Source of the DNA: Methanomicrobiales archaeon
GTDB taxonomy: Archaea > Halobacteriota > Methanomicrobia > Methanomicrobiales > Methanospirillaceae
Reading direction: 5' to 3'
Assembly: GCA_013415575.1 (NCBI GenBank)
Contig: JAAEES010000009.1
Coordinates: 1 to 35,437, forward strand
Length of the DNA: 35,437 nucleotides
Part shown: in pieces, positions 33,994-35,437 of the stretch
How positions within the stretch are numbered: position 1 is the stretch's first letter
Layout of the letters: each line of letters starts with the position of its first letter
Notes under the pieces: model-generated
Told to the model about the DNA's origin: nothing
Seen by the model: only the letters and a program-made list of their open reading frames with translations
Databases searched by the model: none
Program-made: the position numbers and the translations under genes

Positions 33994-34688
33994 AACTTTC
34001 CCTGTCAGCCGTGGAGTGGCACGCGGGGTCCTGGAAATTCCGGGCAGATGCGACCTTCACCCCGGGTGTGCACCTGGTTTCCGGAAGAGTGGGATCCGGC
34101 AAGACCACCCTCGCCCTGCTCTCCGCACGGCAGCTTCAGCCGGATGCAGGGACGGTTGTATGTGAGGACATCCGGTCGTGCACCCTCTCCTTCCAGTATC
34201 CGGAATACCATATCACAGGGTCAACCTTGTACGAGGAGGCTGAATCCTACGGAGTGGATCCGTTTGCAGCATGTGCCAGGGCAGGGCTCGCCGGGAGAGA
34301 TGAGGAGGATCCGTTCCGTCTCTCCCGGGGAGAACTGAAATGGTTCCAGCTCACGTGTCTCTTGATGCGGCGGTGGGACCTGCTCATTCTCGATGAACCC
34401 TTCAGCGCTCTCGACTGCCGGGGCAAGCTGGCCGTATGCCGCGCAATCGAAGAAAACCGGGGCGGAATTGTGCTGGTCAGCACCCATGAGCAGTATATTC
34501 TCCCGAAGACTGATTTCCTCTGGGAGATGATGTCCGGAGAGCTGACCCTTCGTGGGACTCTTCCTGATGCGATATCCACCTGGGAATCGGCACCTGCTCT
34601 GGTCAGGAGGCTCCGGGAACAGGGTGTGCTCCCCGCCAACCTGACCCGGGACGATATTCTGGAGGCGGCATGCAGGATGCACGAATAA
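33990..34688 (+). CDS. ECF transporter ATPase (A2)
   Basis: GRVGSGKTT, FQYPE, LSRGE, LILDEPFSALD and STHE. Confidence 0.88.
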   Translation: MKLSLSAVEWHAGSWKFRADATFTPGVHLVSGRVGSGKTTLALLSARQLQPDAGTVVCEDIRSCTLSFQYPEYHITGSTLYEEAESYGVDPFAACARAGLAGRDEEDPFRLSRGELKWFQLTCLLMRRWDLLILDEPFSALDCRGKLAVCRAIEENRGGIVLVSTHEQYILPKTDFLWEMMSGELTLRGTLPDAISTWESAPALVRRLREQGVLPANLTRDDILEAACRMHE

Positions 34689-35323
34689 GGCTGATCGCCC
34701 TCGTCAGCCTTTCGATCGCCACCTTTCTGTCAGTCACGGGAGCCCTCCTCACCCTGGCGTGGCTCGTCCTCTCTCCCCGGCCGCTCAAAGAGGCCATGAA
34801 ATCGGCAGCATTCTGGGTAATCATCCTCTTTGTCGCCATTATTGCCACCGTGACCCAGGTGACCGGCAATGACGGGATCTCGTATCTCATCAGGACGGGG
34901 GTAATCATCCTGCTCGCCTTTTCGGTCTACATGGAATGGCATCCGGGAGAATACCTCGACCTATCAGTCTGGCTTTTTGGCAAGAAGGCCGGTTTTGATA
35001 TCGGGCTTGCTGTTGAGATGAGCATCCAGGGCCTCCACGAGGCCTCCCGGGAGTTTGCGAGGATCCGGTCGGCACTCTTGCTCAAAGAACTGAAGCCGTG
35101 CATCGGTATGATCCCTTCGGTGGGATTCCTCCTGATTCATACCCGCCTGATGCGGGCCCGGGAACAGGCCGACCTGCTCGCCACCAGGGGATACCGGGCC
35201 GGAGGGAGCTGCTGCCCGGTGTTCCGGACTTCATACCAGGATAAAATCATGGGTTTTCTGGCAATTCTCATATTATTCCTTTCTTTTTTTCCTGTTCGTG
35301 ATATTTTTATACTTCAGATGTAA
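34670..35323 (+). CDS. ECF transporter T component (CbiQ/EcfT-like)
   Basis: DARIRL start, TM helices and RAREQADLLATRGY coupling motif. Confidence 0.82.
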   Translation: MQDARIRLIALVSLSIATFLSVTGALLTLAWLVLSPRPLKEAMKSAAFWVIILFVAIIATVTQVTGNDGISYLIRTGVIILLAFSVYMEWHPGEYLDLSVWLFGKKAGFDIGLAVEMSIQGLHEASREFARIRSALLLKELKPCIGMIPSVGFLLIHTRLMRAREQADLLATRGYRAGGSCCPVFRTSYQDKIMGFLAILILFLSFFPVRDIFILQM

Positions 35324-35377
35324 AGGTTTTAAAGGTTTGAACAGAGCCCCTGTTAATAAATACGCCGGAGGAGCCTG

Positions 35378-35437
35378 ATGAGTTACGGACGTCTGCTGAT
35401 TACTGATACCACGCTTCGGGATGCCCACCAGTCCCTT
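35378..35437 (+). CDS. pycB: Pyruvate carboxylase subunit B / oxaloacetate decarboxylase alpha, 5' partial
   Basis: MSYGRLLITDTTLRDAHQSL signature; GGAGGAG SD; adjacent to biotin genes. Confidence 0.85.
   Translation, partial: MSYGRLLITDTTLRDAHQSL

Noticed and set aside
35318..35345. Second BirA box upstream of pycB (TGTAAA...TTGAACA)
   Set aside because: Arms and spacing match poorly; better explained as a BRE/TATA region.

Overview
Archaeal, methanogen-like chromosomal window. Gene content and order are most consistent with Methanomicrobiales (inference). From the left: the 3' part of an Eha energy-converting [NiFe]-hydrogenase operon (ehaF-O) runs without a break through a 4-cluster ferredoxin gene into formylmethanofuran dehydrogenase genes (D, B, A, C). 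An accessory stretch follows (two PEGA proteins, a LamG-like protein, a DUF362/Fe-S protein, a methyltransferase, msrB, several small Cys-rich proteins). Then a core block: tRNA-His, aIF5B, rps6e, DUF2240, rps8e, hypB, a broken srp19, PHP, gar1, tfb, two tRNA-Ala genes, aldolase, npdG, thioredoxin, secDF, DUF2551, archease-rtcB, DUF2111, birA, bioY-ECF transporter and the start of pycB/oadA. Most notable: (1) a three-copy double-hairpin repeat, each copy fused to a 3' fragment of tRNA-Ala; (2) a ferredoxin gene that looks like a fusion of a hydrogenase Fe-S subunit with FwdG, linking Eha to Fwd; (3) an internally deleted, frameshifted srp19; (4) a perfect BirA-type operator; (5) small ORFs missed by the ORF track and candidate structured RNAs. 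Family calls come from motif recognition and synteny; no searches were run.
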